This document shows, piece by piece, positions 63,077-64,000 of a DNA stretch of 64,000 nucleotides (position 1 is the stretch's first letter; every line of letters begins with the position of its first letter). A program made the position numbers and the translations under genes. Source of the DNA: Spirochaetota bacterium. Its GTDB lineage: Bacteria > Spirochaetota > UBA4802 > UBA5550. The notes below the pieces were generated by a model. It worked only from the letters and a program-made list of their open reading frames with translations, ran no database searches and was not told the DNA's origin. Location of the stretch: positions 28,287-92,286 of the forward strand of contig JAKQPV010000125.1 of NCBI GenBank assembly GCA_029564515.1, read 5' to 3'.

Positions 63077-64000
63077 TCAGGAATGTTTGTTCAGGAGGTT
63101 CGCCAGCTCGACGCGGTTTGAAAGCCCAGTCTTGCGGTAGATGTTGTGTATATGGCTCTTGGCCGTCTGCAGGGTAATGCCGCACTCTTCCGCGATTGAG
63201 CCTGCCGACTGCCCGTTTCCCAGGAGGAGGAGCACCTCGAGCTCGCGGGCAGTGAGTCCCGCCTGTTTCTGGAGGTCGCCAAGCCCCGGGTTCTCCCGGG
63301 CAATGACAAGTACGCCGGCTACCCCGCCGCCCTCATTTTTCAGCGGATACATGAACAGCTCCAGCATCCCCGCGCCGTCCCTCCCCGTCAGGCCGAGCGT
63401 CACCGTGTGGGCCGTCGATGCGCCTGAAAGCGCGTCCCGGAGGACCTTCTGGAAATGATCGCTCTCCGCGAAAAGGGCGGACAGGGAGAGCGCGCCGTGA
63501 ACCGCGGCATCCCGCAGGGCGATGTTCCGGGCGCTGTCATTCATGAACACCACGACCCCCTTCCTGTCGGCAAGAAAAACCGCGTCGCTGATTCCGGAGA
63601 AGAGCTCCGACGCGGGACTTGAAGCATCAACGGCAAGGAGCTTGTACTTCCAGATGGCAAATCGTATAGAGGCGATGAAAAACATGGCGACCGCATGGTG
63701 GAACGCGTCGCTGAGTAAAATGGTCGTCTCGGCGGGCAAAAGCAGTATCAGGGCGTTCTGGACAAGAGAGAGGAGCATGGTCGCGAGCGCGGCCAGGAGG
63801 ATCATCCCCGCCTGCTTCTTCACCCGCCCTGAAGACGCCTGTTTCCGCCAGTTCGCGAGCGCTGCGATGCCGGGCACAAGGGCCAGGGAGGAATAGTTGA
63901 ACACGGCCCAGAACCAGGGGGACGCGATGTCATAGATGACCGTCCCTCCCCAGGGACTTCTATAAAAGCCCTTCACCACCGGAAGGATGCAGGTCACCCC
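63077..64000 (-). CDS. LuxR-family regulator with membrane N-terminus and PAS-like domain; 5' end may lie outside the window
   Basis: C-terminal HTH LTARELEVLLLLGNGQSAGSIAEECGITLQTAKSHIHNIYRKTGLSNRVEL. The N-terminal hydrophobic helices run to the window edge. Confidence 0.8.
   Translation of the reverse strand, partial: GVTCILPVVKGFYRSPWGGTVIYDIASPWFWAVFNYSSLALVPGIAALANWRKQASSGRVKKQAGMILLAALATMLLSLVQNALILLLPAETTILLSDAFHHAVAMFFIASIRFAIWKYKLLAVDASSPASELFSGISDAVFLADRKGVVVFMNDSARNIALRDAAVHGALSLSALFAESDHFQKVLRDALSGASTAHTVTLGLTGRDGAGMLELFMYPLKNEGGGVAGVLVIARENPGLGDLQKQAGLTARELEVLLLLGNGQSAGSIAEECGITLQTAKSHIHNIYRKTGLSNRVELANLLNKHS

Overview
This is a high-GC (about 60% by eye) bacterial chromosome segment with the hallmarks of a dissimilatory sulfite/sulfate reducer, probably Desulfobacterota-like.

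Left end:
- Two divergent dsr loci: a small RsbRD_N-like gene plus dsrM-dsrK on the minus strand, and dsrA-dsrB-dsrD-dsrC-dsrN on the plus strand.
- Directly next to them, on the minus strand, two operons look like an organosulfonate-to-sulfite module. One is xsc (sulfoacetaldehyde acetyltransferase) with ackA. The other is SDR, ThDP enzyme, MFS anion transporter, SDR, TetR.
- Both operons and dsrA carry the same 13-bp palindromic box in their promoter regions.

Middle:
- PIN-PhoH2.
- trkA-trkH, bracketed by a 32-bp direct repeat derived from a cupin gene 3' end.
- A cupin and a TolC-like OMP.
- One uninterrupted ORF that fuses a glycyl-radical activating enzyme to a PFL2/eliminase-type glycyl radical enzyme.
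- A divergent RND pump.
- A scattered Pho regulon: pit, pstCA, pstB-phoU-phoB-phoR, pstS, a porin and a purple-acid-phosphatase-like gene.
- An MCP.
- A TetR / 4Fe-4S / ATC-hydrolase-like operon.
- pcnB.
- A 7TMR-AraC regulator.

Right end:
- thiM-thiE-thiC-thiL sits behind a TPP riboswitch, which is separated from thiM by a MITE-like insertion.
- Two FtsX-type permeases follow.
- A lower-GC islet holds an astacin-like lipoprotein protease and an SBBP beta-propeller lipoprotein gene broken by an in-frame TAG.

No rRNA, tRNA or CRISPR array was seen. All calls come from reading the translated ORFs and the DNA by eye. No database search was possible, and motif coordinates were counted manually.
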